Source: Acidobacteriota bacterium
GTDB taxonomy: Bacteria > Acidobacteriota > Blastocatellia > RBC074
Direction: 5' to 3'
DNA length: 59,622 nt
Assembly: GCA_031414155.1 (NCBI GenBank)
Contig: JANNUY010000037.1
Span: 1 to 59,622, forward strand
The position numbers and the translations under genes are program-made. The notes under the pieces were generated by a model. It saw nothing but the letters and a program-made list of their open reading frames with translations. It did no database searches and had not been told where the DNA came from. Positions 38,273 through 48,960 of the stretch are shown here, one piece after another. Every line of letters begins with the position of its first letter. Positions within the stretch are counted from its first letter, which is position 1.

Positions 38273-38731
38273 AACAGAACTGGCAAAAACTAATTTTCAG
38301 GCAAGCCATCCTGCCAGAAATTTCGTGCATCCGTGTCCTTGCTGCGGATAAAACTGCGGACCAGCAGCGACCTTAACAAGAGCAAATTTACTACTGGGGT
38401 TCCAGATTAATTCGATTCGCGCTGACACCAGTTTAAGGGTAAGATGTTTTCAGCCCTAAACCCCAAGTGTCAATTACTTACATGTTTTCCAGGAAGCAAA
38501 AATTCCTGAGTGTAGGCGAATCGTGCGGAGCAAAACATTTTTGGCGAGACTGCTCCTAACCCCAAAACAGCGACTCAGTCTGTTCCCCCAGTGCGACGGT
38601 TTGCTCAAGTTCAATCAGATAAGCTCTGGCGGTAAGCCCTGAACCCCCTGCCTTACCGTGTGGCCCGCGTTACTTGTCAATTCAATCTTTTAATTTTTAT
38701 GTTTTTGTATTCTCTGGAAGGAGTACGCCTC

Positions 38732-41700
38732 ATGTTGTCTAAAATGAATCAGGCGGCGAAGTCGGCGAAGCCGTGGGTGCGACTGACGCTCGGTTTGTGT
38801 TTATTGGGTCTGACTGTCGCTAGTGTCCATAAGTTCGGCTGGCAATCACTGGCGTCGGCCAAAACGTGGTCGCGTGCCGCAATGCCGCAAGAGCCGGTTA
38901 GTGAGTCGCACCAGTTAAAACTGGTTTCAACCAGTGCCGCGCCCGGCAGCGAAGCCGTCTTGCCACTCGCGTTCAACGCCGACGGCACAGAAAGCCGCAT
39001 TCATTTCAGCCTGCGCTTTCCCGCGAATGCGCTGCTCAAGCCGCGCATCACGCTGCCCAATGAATTGGCTGGCAGACAACTTGGTGCGCAACTCACCGTG
39101 GACAACAGTCTGCTTGCCGAAGGCAAACTAGGCATTGAGATTAATTTACCCGCAGGCGTCACGCTCACTAAAGGCTCGCATCGTTTACTAAATGTGTATT
39201 TCACGATTGCGCGCAAGGCCGGAGCGGCTGCGTTGCCGGTGGAGTTCGCCGACGAACCCATCACGCGTGGCGTGTGGAACGACAAAGCCCAAAGCGTTTC
39301 AACCGGATTCATCAATGCCGTCGTCGTTTCGGCTCCCGGCTTGGAAGGCGATGTCGCGCCGCGCCCTGACAGCGGCAACGGTTCGCTTTCGGTCGCCGAT
39401 TGGGCGCAAGTCGGACGCTTCGCCGCCGGGCTTGATAACCTGACAGAAGGCAGCGAATTTCAACGCGCCGATTGCGCGCCGCGTGCTGAAGCTGGTAATG
39501 GGCAACTCACGCTGGCCGATTGGGTGCAATCTGGACGCTATTCTGCCGGACTGGATACGCCTGCGATGGCAGGTGGGCCGAGCGCGCCAGTCGCTACCGC
39601 TTTGGTTACTGAATTGGCTTCAGCCTTAGCGCCAGAACAGCAAGCGCGCGTCATTCGCGTGTTGCCTGCGACGCTCACACGCGGACAGCAGGGAGCTGCG
39701 GCGATTGAGATGGCTGCCCAAGGCAATGAATTCGCGGCGGGTTTCGTACTCAATTTCGATCCTACACAATTAACTTTCGTACGTGCGGTCGCAGGTTCCG
39801 ACGCGACGGGCGCGAACGTGATTGTCAACAGCAATGAGGCAGCTAACGGACGCATTGTCTTCAACTTATCTTTGCCTTTCGGACAAAAGTTCACTGTCGG
39901 TGCGCGGCAAATCGGTGTCATCACCTTTGCCGTACCGCAAACCAGCACGGTGAATTCAACCACGGTGAGCTTTTCTAACGGCTCAGTCGTTGATGAACTC
40001 GCCGCGACTTTGCCTGCCACGTTTACCGCAGGTGTCATTACGCTCACGCCCACGGTCAGCCAAACGCCGCGCCTGACCACTTTAAGCCCCGCGTCAGTCA
40101 CGGTCGGCAGCAACGATTTCACACTGACGGTCAATGGCACGAACCTAATTGACGGCTCCATTGTGCGCGTCAACGGACAAGAGCGCGTGACCGAATATGT
40201 CAACGCCTCGCAACTGCGCGCGACATTGCTGGCAAGCGATGCCGAAGAGCCGGGAACGGTAAGCATCACGGTGCGTACGCCTGACAACGTCGTCACGAAC
40301 GCGCTCAATCTGAACGTCAATAATCCTGCGCCTACGCTGACGGCGATCAATCCGACTAGCGTCCAGACGGGCACTTCCGGTTTTGCGATGACGGTGACGG
40401 GTACGGGTTTCGTGCCGGGCGTAACGGCGAAAGTCGGCACGACCAATCGCCTCACCAATTATGTGAGCAGCACCCAACTAACAGTGCAAATTCCGTCTTC
40501 AGCCTTGAACACGGCAGGGACGTTTGACGTGACGGTCACCAACCCCGCGCCGGGCGGCGGAACTTCCAACGCGATTCCTTTCACGGTCAGCGCGCCCAAG
40601 CCTATTCCGCGCATCACGACTATTTCTCCCACCTCAAAGCAAGCGGGCACGGAAGGCTTTACCTTGACGGTCAACGGCACGGGTTACGTGCGTGAATCCA
40701 TTGTGCGTTGGAACGGCGCAGACCGCGTGACGACTTATGTCAGCGCCACGCAATTGACGGCGGCGATTACGGCAGAAGACATCGCCAGCGCAGGCACGGC
40801 GAGCGTGACGGTTTATAACGCGCCGCCGGGCGGAGGCGTTACTGCCGCGAGTGTCTTCAACATTACGCAACCACCCACCCCGGTGCCGACGCTGACGGCG
40901 TTGGCTCCGAACTCAGTCACGGCGGGTGGCTCGTCTTTCACCTTAAATCTGACCGGCATGGGCTTCGTGCAAAATTCGGTCGTGCGCGTCAACGGACAAG
41001 ATCGCCAAACCGCTTTTGTCTCGGCGACGGAATTGCGCACGGTTATTTTTGCGGCAGACATTGCCAATGGCGGCTCGCTGACGGTGCGTGTTTTCAATCC
41101 TGCGCCCGGCGGCGGCCAATCGGCTGAACTCACGCTGACGATTGCGTTTGGCGTGCCGACGATTGCTTCGCTGAGTCCGATCTCGGCGGTCGCGGGCGGC
41201 CCGGCTTTCACATTGACGGTGTTGGGTGCGAATTTCGCGCCGGGTTCGGTCGTGCGCTGGAACGGCGAAAACCGTCCGACGACCGTTGTCAGCGTGATGG
41301 AATTAGCCGCGCAAATTTCGGCTGCCGACATTGCCAACATTGGCTCGGCACGCATTGCGGTGTTCAGTCCGGTGGGTGGCCCGCAAGGCGCGACTTCAGC
41401 GGAAAGCACTTTCACCATCAATCAGGCGACGCGCCCGATTCCGCGCCTGACCTCAATCACGCCGTCTTCGGTTGAAGCGGGCAGTGCGGCGTTGACGCTG
41501 ATCGTCAATGGCTCAAATTTCGTTAGCGATTCAACCATACGTCTGAATGGTCAAGCGCGCCCGACGGCTTTCGTGAACAGCACGCAACTGACGACCAGCC
41601 TTTCGGCTGCTGACTTAGCCATCATTACCAACTTTTCCATTACGGTCTTCACGCCTCCGGCAGGCGGCGGCGAATCGAACTCGCTGACGTTCAATGTCAC

Positions 41701-44700
41701 GGCTCCACCCAATCCGCGACCAACGATCAGCGGAGTGAATCCGACCGCTTTGGCAACGGGATCGAACGGCGCAACGTTGACCGTGAATGGAACGGGTTTC
41801 ATCGTCAATTCGGTCGTGCGGCTGAATGGTGATGTACGTCAAACGACGTTTGTCAGCGCGACGCAACTAACGGCGCAACTGACAGCGAACGATCTGTCGG
41901 TATCGGGTACGGCAACTGTCACGGTCTCCAATCCCACGCCGGGCGGCGGCACGTCGAATGCCGTGACGTTGAGCATTACCAACCCAACGCCCGTGATCAG
42001 CGGGGTGACGCCGAGCGTGCTGGCCGTGGGGAGTTCAGCGGTTTTGCTCACAGTGACCGGCACGGGCTTTGTGCCGGGCGCACAAATTCTGGTCAACGGG
42101 CTGCCGCGCTTATCGTCGCTGGTGAACGCGACGACGTTGACGACGCAAATCACAGCAGCCGATCAAGCCGCGCCGGGCACGCTGAACCTTCAGGTGCAAA
42201 ATCCCGCGCCGGGCGGCGGCGTGTCGAACATCGTTGCGTTGCCGGTGCGAGCGCGTAACCCATTGCCGCGCATCACCAATACCAATCCGAGTTCAGTGGC
42301 GGCGGGGGCGATTGGCTTCTCGCTGTTGGTGAACGGTGCGAACTTCGTGCAAGGTTCGGTCGTGCGCTGGAACGGTCAGGATCGTCCAACCGATTTCGGT
42401 TCTGACAGCTTGTTGGTCGCGCAAATTTCCGCCAGCGATCTAGCGATGGGAGCCAACAACATCATCACCGTTTTCAACCCTGCGCCGGGCGGCGGCACTT
42501 CGGGCGGAACGGCGTTCCAGGTCATCAACCCTGCGCCGCGCGTGACCAGCATCAACCCTGACACCGCGATCGCAGGCAATGGCACAGTCACATTGCTAGT
42601 CAATGGAGCCAATTTCGTCGGCAATTCGTCGGTGCGTTTCAATGGCGTAGACGTGCCGACAACTTTCGTCACCAGTTCGCAACTGAGCGCCCAAGTGCCC
42701 GCGAGTGCGGTCGCTTCAGGCGGTACTTATGGGGTGAGCGTCTTCAATCCGGCTCCAGGCGGAGGCGCTTCCGGTTCGTTGAATTTCGTGGTGACAAATC
42801 CGGTGCCGACAGCGACGCAATTGCTGCCCGAAAAAATTTCGGCGGGCAGCCCGAACTTCTCGCTTACGATCGTCGGTACAGGCTTCGTGCCTACGTCAGT
42901 CGCGCGCTGGAACGGCCAAGAGCGGCAAACGATGTATGTCGCGCCTTCGCAACTGACTGTAGCGATTTCAGCGAGTGATGTGGCGCAAATGGGTACGGCA
43001 CAAGTCACCGTGACCAACCCCGCACCGGGCGGCGGCACGACGGCGGCGCTGACGTTCACCATCACGAACGAACCGAATCCCTTGCCCGCTATCACGGCGC
43101 TGACGCCCAACTCGACTTTCGTCGGCGGGCAGTCGTTCACGATAGTCATCACGGGAAGCGGTTTCATCGGCAGTTCGCGCGTGCAATGGAACGGCGCTGA
43201 TCGTCCGACGGCGTATGCCAGTGCCACGCAATTGACCGCACAAGTGAGTGCGACTGATTTGACCGCAACGGGTACGATCAACATCACGGTCGTCAATCCG
43301 CCTGCGGTGGGCGGCGGTGGCGGAACCTCCAACGTGCTGGGCTTCGGCATTTTGGAACAACCCGCGCCGATGCCGGTGATCGTGGCGGCGAGTCCAAATA
43401 CGATTATCGCGGGTGGCAACGCTATCACGCTGCTGGTCAACGGAGTCGGCTTCACTGCCAATTCCAAAGGACGCTGGAACGACATCGAGCGTCCGACTAC
43501 GTTTGTCAGCGCCACGCAATTGACCGTGCAACTTTCGAGCGCAGACATCGCCAGCGCGGGCAATGGTTCGCTGACGGTTTACAACGCATCAACCACGGGC
43601 GGTGGCGGCGGCATTTCCAACCCGGCGAACATTCGCATCGTTGCGACCCCAGCGGCGCAAATCACCGTCTCGCCAGCGGTGCCAACCACCGACGATGAGG
43701 TGGTTCTGCTCATTTCAGGCGAATGGCACAACGGCTGTGTTCCGCAAAACCCGCAAGTCACGCTGTTAGGGAATGAGATAAGAATCAATACCAGCAACCC
43801 AAGCCAAGTGTGTACGCAAGCCACCCAACCGTGGAGCATGGTCGTCACGGTGGGCCGTCTGGCCGCGCCGGGCAATTACACGGTGCGCGTCATTCACACT
43901 TCGCCGGAAGGCATTGCTGAAATCGGTCGCCTGTCGTTTGGTGTCGGCAACGGCAGACCCGTCATCAACGCCATCACGCCGAATCAGGCGCTGGTGGGCG
44001 GAGGCGCTTTCACCCTGACGGTCAGCGGCAACAGTTTTGCCAAAGGCGCTACGGTGTTGCTGAACGGAACACCACGTGAAACCACCTTCCTGCGTCCAAC
44101 GCAATTGTCGGCGTTAATCACGGATGCAGACTTAGCGGCGGCGACGGTTTATAACGTCACGGTGGTCAATCCGCCTGCCAATGGCGTAGGCGGAGGATCT
44201 TCAAACGCCGTAGCACTGACCGTGAGTAATCCCTTGCCCTTGCTGACCTTCCTGAGTCCAGGACGTGTCACGACCGGTGGCGCGGCGTTCAATTTGAAAG
44301 TCACCGGCCTCGGTTTCGTCGCTGGTTCGGTCGTTCGCTGGAACGGCACTGAGCGTCCGACAACGTTTGTGGATAGCGTGACGCTGACGGCGCAAATTTC
44401 AGCGCAAGACATCGCCACGCAAGGCACGGCGAACATTACTGTCGTCAATCCCGCCCCCGGCGGCGGCACGTCAGCGGCGTTGAGTCTGGTGATTGACAGT
44501 CAGCCCATCTGCCAAACCGCGTGCTTCCAGGCGCCGCAATATTACATGTTGAATCTGACGCGCTTGCCTAGCGGTTCGGTCTTTATCGGCGGCGTGAATT
44601 TCAACTCGCCGGTTTCGATTCAAGAGTCGTTGCCCGACATTCGCCGCGCCCTGCAAGGCGGACGTTCGGTCTTGCAATCGCTCAACGCAGAGTTCGTCGC

Positions 44701-44998
44701 CGCGCAAATCAGTGTCATTCAAACTGCTGGAGGCGGGCAACAACAAGCTGGCATTCTGAATGGCAGCTTGCGTTGTTACGGATTGAACTTCGAGCCAATC
44801 GTGCTGGATAACGGCTATGTCATCACGGTGGATTCCACCATTGGTGAACTGTTTGCCCAATCCCGTTCGGCGATTACCGACGCGCGTTCGACCGATCAAT
44901 TGCGCCTCGCGCAAATGCTCGATCAAATCAACGGCAACAGTCCGTCAAGCCGTTGCGGCGGATTCCTAACCGGAACCGGTTCAACTGAAAACCGCTAA
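38732..44998 (+). CDS. Giant secreted surface protein (2,088 aa): cohesin-like / dockerin-like pair / cohesin-like head + 15 IPT/TIG-like modules + orphan C-terminal domain
   Basis: Start moved to ATG 38732 (GGAAGGAG 9-10 nt upstream). Signal-like [20 protein letters not shown]. See the repeat features and findings for module coordinates. Confidence 0.9.
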   Translation: MLSKMNQAAKSAKPWVRLTLGLCLLGLTVASVHKFGWQSLASAKTWSRAAMPQEPVSESHQLKLVSTSAAPGSEAVLPLAFNADGTESRIHFSLRFPANALLKPRITLPNELAGRQLGAQLTVDNSLLAEGKLGIEINLPAGVTLTKGSHRLLNVYFTIARKAGAAALPVEFADEPITRGVWNDKAQSVSTGFINAVVVSAPGLEGDVAPRPDSGNGSLSVADWAQVGRFAAGLDNLTEGSEFQRADCAPRAEAGNGQLTLADWVQSGRYSAGLDTPAMAGGPSAPVATALVTELASALAPEQQARVIRVLPATLTRGQQGAAAIEMAAQGNEFAAGFVLNFDPTQLTFVRAVAGSDATGANVIVNSNEAANGRIVFNLSLPFGQKFTVGARQIGVITFAVPQTSTVNSTTVSFSNGSVVDELAATLPATFTAGVITLTPTVSQTPRLTTLSPASVTVGSNDFTLTVNGTNLIDGSIVRVNGQERVTEYVNASQLRATLLASDAEEPGTVSITVRTPDNVVTNALNLNVNNPAPTLTAINPTSVQTGTSGFAMTVTGTGFVPGVTAKVGTTNRLTNYVSSTQLTVQIPSSALNTAGTFDVTVTNPAPGGGTSNAIPFTVSAPKPIPRITTISPTSKQAGTEGFTLTVNGTGYVRESIVRWNGADRVTTYVSATQLTAAITAEDIASAGTASVTVYNAPPGGGVTAASVFNITQPPTPVPTLTALAPNSVTAGGSSFTLNLTGMGFVQNSVVRVNGQDRQTAFVSATELRTVIFAADIANGGSLTVRVFNPAPGGGQSAELTLTIAFGVPTIASLSPISAVAGGPAFTLTVLGANFAPGSVVRWNGENRPTTVVSVMELAAQISAADIANIGSARIAVFSPVGGPQGATSAESTFTINQATRPIPRLTSITPSSVEAGSAALTLIVNGSNFVSDSTIRLNGQARPTAFVNSTQLTTSLSAADLAIITNFSITVFTPPAGGGESNSLTFNVTAPPNPRPTISGVNPTALATGSNGATLTVNGTGFIVNSVVRLNGDVRQTTFVSATQLTAQLTANDLSVSGTATVTVSNPTPGGGTSNAVTLSITNPTPVISGVTPSVLAVGSSAVLLTVTGTGFVPGAQILVNGLPRLSSLVNATTLTTQITAADQAAPGTLNLQVQNPAPGGGVSNIVALPVRARNPLPRITNTNPSSVAAGAIGFSLLVNGANFVQGSVVRWNGQDRPTDFGSDSLLVAQISASDLAMGANNIITVFNPAPGGGTSGGTAFQVINPAPRVTSINPDTAIAGNGTVTLLVNGANFVGNSSVRFNGVDVPTTFVTSSQLSAQVPASAVASGGTYGVSVFNPAPGGGASGSLNFVVTNPVPTATQLLPEKISAGSPNFSLTIVGTGFVPTSVARWNGQERQTMYVAPSQLTVAISASDVAQMGTAQVTVTNPAPGGGTTAALTFTITNEPNPLPAITALTPNSTFVGGQSFTIVITGSGFIGSSRVQWNGADRPTAYASATQLTAQVSATDLTATGTINITVVNPPAVGGGGGTSNVLGFGILEQPAPMPVIVAASPNTIIAGGNAITLLVNGVGFTANSKGRWNDIERPTTFVSATQLTVQLSSADIASAGNGSLTVYNASTTGGGGGISNPANIRIVATPAAQITVSPAVPTTDDEVVLLISGEWHNGCVPQNPQVTLLGNEIRINTSNPSQVCTQATQPWSMVVTVGRLAAPGNYTVRVIHTSPEGIAEIGRLSFGVGNGRPVINAITPNQALVGGGAFTLTVSGNSFAKGATVLLNGTPRETTFLRPTQLSALITDADLAAATVYNVTVVNPPANGVGGGSSNAVALTVSNPLPLLTFLSPGRVTTGGAAFNLKVTGLGFVAGSVVRWNGTERPTTFVDSVTLTAQISAQDIATQGTANITVVNPAPGGGTSAALSLVIDSQPICQTACFQAPQYYMLNLTRLPSGSVFIGGVNFNSPVSIQESLPDIRRALQGGRSVLQSLNAEFVAAQISVIQTAGGGQQQAGILNGSLRCYGLNFEPIVLDNGYVITVDSTIGELFAQSRSAITDARSTDQLRLAQMLDQINGNSPSSRCGGFLTGTGSTENR
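40067..43645 (+). repeat. 13 consecutive ~90-aa IPT/TIG-like coding repeats
   Basis: Each unit reads P-x-[IL]-T-x-[IL]-x-P...[FL]TLTVxGxxF...VR[WV]NG...T.[FY]VS.TQLTA...NPAPGGG.SN. The AAyCCyGCnCCGGGCGGCGG DNA motif recurs near 40540, 41097, 41931, 42200, 42477 and 43017. Confidence 0.85.
43955..44497 (+). repeat. Two further IPT/TIG-like modules after a ~100-aa unrelated insert (43646..43948)
   Basis: Same consensus as the 13-unit array ([24 protein letters not shown]... and [24 protein letters not shown]...NPAPGGGTS). Confidence 0.8.
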
Positions 44999-45031
44999 CG
45001 CGAACAGTTCAAAACGGCTTCATCAAAAATC

Positions 45032-45076
45032 AAAGGGCGCTGGCAAGTTATGTTGCCAGCGCCCTTTTGATTTGCG
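45032..45076 (+). terminator. Rho-independent terminator after the giant gene
   Basis: AAAGGGCGCTGGCAA (45032-45046) pairs perfectly with TTGCCAGCGCCCTTT (45053-45067), then TGATTTG. Confidence 0.8.
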
Positions 45077-45084
45077 ACCAAGCA

Positions 45085-45116
45085 AAACGGCGGCCTTGAG
45101 TTAGAAGCCGCCGTTT
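45085..45116 (-). terminator. Probable terminator of the HU/IHF gene
   Basis: On the minus strand ACGGCGGC-12 nt-GCCGCCGT is followed by TTTGCTTGG. It lies 40 nt downstream of the stop at 45158. Confidence 0.55.
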
Positions 45117-45157
45117 AGATCAAGCCATATTTTGAAAGAGGTCGAAGAAAAGAGCCG

Positions 45158-45421
45158 TCAAGATTGCAATTCTTTGCCTGGTTTGAACCGAATGGTTTTG
45201 CCTTCGGGAATAGCGACTTGCGTACCCGTGCGCGGGTTGCGCCCGATGCCGCGTTTGCGAGGCTTCACGATGAATACGCCAAAGCCGCGTAACTCAATGC
45301 GCTCGCCTTTTTTCATGGAAGTTTTCATGGCTTCAAAGAGCGCTTCGACGGCCAGTTCAGCCTTATTCTTAGGCACCCCGGTTTTATCGGCGACGTTGTT
45401 AATGATGTCGAGTTTAATCAC
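45158..45421 (-). CDS. HU/IHF-family DNA-binding protein
   Basis: 87 aa. ELRGFGVFIVKPRKRGIGRNPRTGTQVAIPEGKTIRFKPGKEL is the classic beta-arm signature. GTG start with GGGGGAG 11 nt upstream. Confidence 0.9.
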   Translation of the reverse strand: MIKLDIINNVADKTGVPKNKAELAVEALFEAMKTSMKKGERIELRGFGVFIVKPRKRGIGRNPRTGTQVAIPEGKTIRFKPGKELQS

Positions 45422-45588
45422 GAATGCTTCTGCTCCCCCAGTCGGGTAATTAGTCGGGTAAACGGTTTATCTTATTGTATTTATTGGTCTTTTCGTAAAG
45501 CGCGCGCATTATAGGTAGCCCTTCGCAAAACTGTCAAACGCTTCGGCCATACACCCAAACGGCTTGGGTTGAATTTCTCTATAGGGGT

Positions 45589-46062
45589 TTAATCCGGCAA
45601 AAGTTTGAGTTTGGGAAGCAGTTTAGATTTCGGCAATGGTCCGAGTTGAGTGAAATACGAAACTTGTTTCTTGTCGTTGACGACCCACACTTCCTGCGCG
45701 CCCTGCGCCAAATAAATCGCCACTTTGTTTTCGATTTCCAGTTTGGTGTTGGAAGGGGAAACAATCTCGACACAAATTTCCGGCGCTTGCGGATAAGGCG
45801 TCTGCTCGCCATACGCCGCCAAAAATTCTTCAGAAGCCCAAGCAACATCGGCGACTTTGACGCCGTCGGGCGTGTCTATCGAACATTCATTGATGACACG
45901 CCCTTTCCGCTTGCGACGACGCAGCTCATAGCCGACATCCGATTGAATCATCCCGTGCCGATTCGACGCAGGACTCATCAGTACTTGCCCGAAGCGATTC
46001 AATTCGATCTTAAACGGCAGGTTCTGTAAAAACGGATTCGTCAATACCTGTTCCCACGTCAT
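45589..46062 (-). CDS. Uma2-family (DUF820) putative endonuclease
   Basis: ELNRFGQVLMSPASNRHG...ADVAWAS...PEICVEIVSPSN matches the PD-(D/E)xK-like Uma2 pattern. Confidence 0.75.
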   Translation of the reverse strand: MTWEQVLTNPFLQNLPFKIELNRFGQVLMSPASNRHGMIQSDVGYELRRRKRKGRVINECSIDTPDGVKVADVAWASEEFLAAYGEQTPYPQAPEICVEIVSPSNTKLEIENKVAIYLAQGAQEVWVVNDKKQVSYFTQLGPLPKSKLLPKLKLLPD

Positions 46063-46072
46063 CGCTCAGACC

Positions 46073-46975
46073 TCACTTGCGCTTTCCGTCATACACGCAT
46101 TTCGTGTTATCAGCTTTCACGTAATAGCTCTTAAAGTTTTTCGCTTTCGCGTCCATACAGCCAACCAGGTTCAGCAACTCGACTTTGCGGAACTCAATCG
46201 GATGGCTTTCGCTTTGCAGCGAAATGTAGCCTTCGCTCAACATCATTCCGTCTTTTTTCACCGCCGGATCGTGTCCGCTCACATTGCCGCCGCCGATTTG
46301 GGGTTTCTCGTAACTCAACACCGTTTGCCCATCAATGATGTGCTTGATGCTTTCGTTCCCGCGCACTTCTAACTCAACGCGTACCCATTGATCGCCGTCA
46401 TAAGTCTTCGAGCTTGAGGTTACGCAATGCGGCGTGAACAGCTTACCGTCGCGTTCGACGTTCGTACCCGGCGTGCAAAGATTAGCCGTCGTGCGCGGAC
46501 CTTTGCCGAGTCCGCCTAAGAATTGGGCTTCGATAGAAATCGGGAAATCCTGATCTTTGCCCATCGTTTTGGGGTCGAGGCAATGCAACATCGCACCGCT
46601 GTTGCGTGTCGCCCAGCCTTCACCGCCGGTGGCTTGTTCGCCGATGAAACGATATTCGACCACAAGTGTGTAATAAGAAAACGGCTCTTTGAAAAAGATG
46701 TGACCGTAGCGTTTGTTGAACTGATCGTATTTCTCATAACCCACTTGCATCATGCCGTTGGCGACACGAAAGGTGTTGCCGAAATTGTCATTCAGCGCAT
46801 AACCGTTGATTTTCGGCATCCAATCTTTGAGGTCTTTGCCATTAAAAAGCTGCCGCCATTCTTTTTGGTCAGGATTGTTAGCAACGGCTTTCTTTTTAGT
46901 TTGGGCTAAACCAGTGACAGCGCAGGCCAGCACAAGGGCAACGGTCATAAACTTTCGCGCGAAGGTTTTCGGCAT
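46073..46975 (-). CDS. DUF1080 (3-keto-disaccharide hydrolase-like) secreted protein
   Basis: Signal peptide MPKTFARKFMTVALVLACAVTGLAQ. WRQLFNGKDLKDW...FRVANGMMQV...YISLQSESHPIEFRKVELLNL is the typical DUF1080 pattern. GGAGA SD. Confidence 0.8.
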   Translation of the reverse strand: MPKTFARKFMTVALVLACAVTGLAQTKKKAVANNPDQKEWRQLFNGKDLKDWMPKINGYALNDNFGNTFRVANGMMQVGYEKYDQFNKRYGHIFFKEPFSYYTLVVEYRFIGEQATGGEGWATRNSGAMLHCLDPKTMGKDQDFPISIEAQFLGGLGKGPRTTANLCTPGTNVERDGKLFTPHCVTSSSKTYDGDQWVRVELEVRGNESIKHIIDGQTVLSYEKPQIGGGNVSGHDPAVKKDGMMLSEGYISLQSESHPIEFRKVELLNLVGCMDAKAKNFKSYYVKADNTKCVYDGKRK

Positions 46976-47022
46976 CGTGATTTCTCCAGGTTAAGTGTGG
47001 TACGACTTTAACGAACAATGAT

Positions 47023-47559
47023 TTAGCGCGTCACGTTCAACGAACGCACGCCATGCTGTTTGAACAAATAATCGGCCAGCGCCTCTTTCTCATCATCTTT
47101 CACCGTCGCGCCCCAGCGCGTCATCTTTTCGATTTCGCGTACCCACGCGGCGCGTGCGAGGCGTTGTTGTTTGATGAGATCGTCGCCGTGGCAGTTGAGG
47201 CATTGGGCTTCATATACGCCTTGGCCGCGCGCGACGTTGTCAGCCGTTTTCGCCGCCTTCACCGGAGCGAAGTGCGCGGTGAAATAATCAGCCAGCGTTT
47301 GTTTCTCTTCGTCAGAAACGCGCGCGCCCCAACGGGTCATCTTTTCGATTTCGCGCACCCAACCCGCGCGCGCGAGCTTTTGCGCGACGATGTGATCGGC
47401 TTCGTGACAGCCGAGACATTTGGCGCGGGCGAGTTCGACGCCTGCGCCTGCGGGCAATTCGACTTGTGCGGCGCGCGAAACGGTGAGCCAACCACTCAAG
47501 GCGATTACGGTCAGCAAGCCAAGCAACGAGCGTTTGAAGTTGAAGTTACGCTTTAACAT
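47023..47559 (-). CDS. Diheme c-type cytochrome (internally duplicated), likely electron acceptor of the adjacent molybdoenzyme
   Basis: The ORF starts at TTG 47562 and ATG 47559 is more likely. Signal peptide present. Two CxxCH motifs (CLGCH, CLNCH) sit in two ~72-aa repeats. Confidence 0.85.
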   Translation of the reverse strand: MLKRNFNFKRSLLGLLTVIALSGWLTVSRAAQVELPAGAGVELARAKCLGCHEADHIVAQKLARAGWVREIEKMTRWGARVSDEEKQTLADYFTAHFAPVKAAKTADNVARGQGVYEAQCLNCHGDDLIKQQRLARAAWVREIEKMTRWGATVKDDEKEALADYLFKQHGVRSLNVTR

Positions 47560-48733
47560 CAATCCTCACTTTCTCGATTACGTTCCAGAGATAGCCTGAG
47601 GGATTCCATTGCGGCGCGACCGGTTGCGCGTTGCCTTTGTCATCAGTGGCACGCGCCATCAGCAAATATGAACCTGACACTGTGAGATTGAATTCCGCTT
47701 CGAAGCCTTGCCACGCATAGCGTTCTTTTTCTTTGCCGAGCTTCGCCAGCTTCCACGAAGCACCGTTATCCATAGAGACTTCGACTTTGGTGATGAATGA
47801 TTCGCCCGCCCAGACAAAGCCCGCCATTTTGACGACGCCGGGTTTGAATTTCGCGCCTTCGAGCGGCGTGTGGATGAGCGATTTCACTACGAGGCCTTTG
47901 ACTGGTTCCATATCGGCGGGCGCGACGGCTTCGCCGGGAGCTAGGCGCCGATTGGGGTAACGATACGCCGTTTTCACAAAAAAGCCGTCGTGTTCTTGCG
48001 CAATCACCGAAACGTGATTGAGCCATTTGACGGCGTAAGCGCCTTCCCATCCCGGAATCACAGCGCGCAACGGAAAGCCGTGCAAGGCGGGCAGCGGCTC
48101 GCCATTCATTTCATAAGCCAGCACCGTATCAACGTGCATCGCTTTTGCCAGCGGTACGTTGCGTTGAAATTCAGGTTGCTTGCCAACGGCTTTGTCGGCT
48201 CCATCAAGCAACACGTACTTGCCCGCCGCTTTGACACCGGCTTTTTTCAACACGTCCGCCAATCGTGCGCCGGTGAAACGCGCCGTACCGACCGCGCCAC
48301 GTTCCCACTGAATGCCAGGCACCGTGGGTTCATAAAACGCACGCCCATTGCCTGCGCATTCGAGCGTGACTGTGACCGTAGCCTTCGGCAGTTTCTTCAA
48401 TTCGTTGAGTGTGAGCGTGTATGGTTTTTCGACTTCGCCATCAACCGTCAGCTTCCAGTCGCCTGCGTTCACCGTCGGCGCATAGGCATGATGCCGCACG
48501 TAAAACAATTCTTTCGGCGTGAGATAAGTATTCAGCAAGCCGACCGGCGTTTCGAGGTCTTCGGGACGTAGCGAGCGTACGATCAGTTTTTCTTTGCCAG
48601 CAACGACACCAGCGGTGACCTTGTCTTGCCCCAACACACTGACTGGCAACAACTGACTCGCAACCAACGCGGCGCTGGTTTGCGCTGTGCCAATCAAAAA
48701 GTCACGGCGCGAGCCGGAGCGACGATGGCTCAT
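47546..48733 (-). CDS. Sulfite-oxidase-family molybdopterin oxidoreductase (SorA-like), Tat-exported
   Basis: Start moved to ATG 48733 (GGAGGA 8 nt upstream). Twin-arginine signal SRRDFLIGTA. Moco-Cys motif TLECAGNGR. C-terminal dimerisation-like domain. Overlaps the cytochrome gene by 14 nt. Confidence 0.85.
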   Translation of the reverse strand: MSHRRSGSRRDFLIGTAQTSAALVASQLLPVSVLGQDKVTAGVVAGKEKLIVRSLRPEDLETPVGLLNTYLTPKELFYVRHHAYAPTVNAGDWKLTVDGEVEKPYTLTLNELKKLPKATVTVTLECAGNGRAFYEPTVPGIQWERGAVGTARFTGARLADVLKKAGVKAAGKYVLLDGADKAVGKQPEFQRNVPLAKAMHVDTVLAYEMNGEPLPALHGFPLRAVIPGWEGAYAVKWLNHVSVIAQEHDGFFVKTAYRYPNRRLAPGEAVAPADMEPVKGLVVKSLIHTPLEGAKFKPGVVKMAGFVWAGESFITKVEVSMDNGASWKLAKLGKEKERYAWQGFEAEFNLTVSGSYLLMARATDDKGNAQPVAPQWNPSGYLWNVIEKVRIDVKA

Positions 48734-48807
48734 GTGATGTTCCTCCAATGAGTGAATGAGTAATGAGTGGGATTACGTATTGCGCGACGGATTCTAGGGA
48801 GCGCCCT

Positions 48808-48866
48808 AAAAAAAGAAAAGCCGCCTTTGATTCAACCCGGTAATTACACCTGACGATTGAGGCGGC
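48808..48866 (-). terminator. Possible terminator downstream of the kinase fusion gene
   Basis: On the minus strand GCCGCCT...AGGCGGC (48866-48860 / 48826-48820) is followed by TTTTCTTTTTTT (48819-48808). The 33-nt loop is unusually long. Confidence 0.4.
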
Positions 48867-48960
48867 GGCGGGCTTTAAGAAATCGGCGACGCCGGGCATC
48901 GTCTTCACGGAATGCCAGCAACAAACCAGCGGTCTAGAGGTAGTTGTGGGAGTACCTTAT

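Noticed and set aside
38749-44926. Many long minus-strand and off-frame ORFs inside the giant gene (for example 39538..40458 at 306 aa, 42727..43563 at 278 aa, 40813..41421 at 202 aa, 42968..43531).
   Set aside because: They lie antisense to or out of frame with a 6.3-kb ORF that has a clear repeat and domain structure. Their translations are low-complexity (V/T/A/P/G/R-rich), as expected from the reverse complement of GC-rich repetitive coding DNA.
45589-46062. The Uma2 nuclease as part of a restriction or defence system.
   Set aside because: It is a lone gene with no methyltransferase, helicase or ATPase partner. Its neighbours are housekeeping or metabolic genes.
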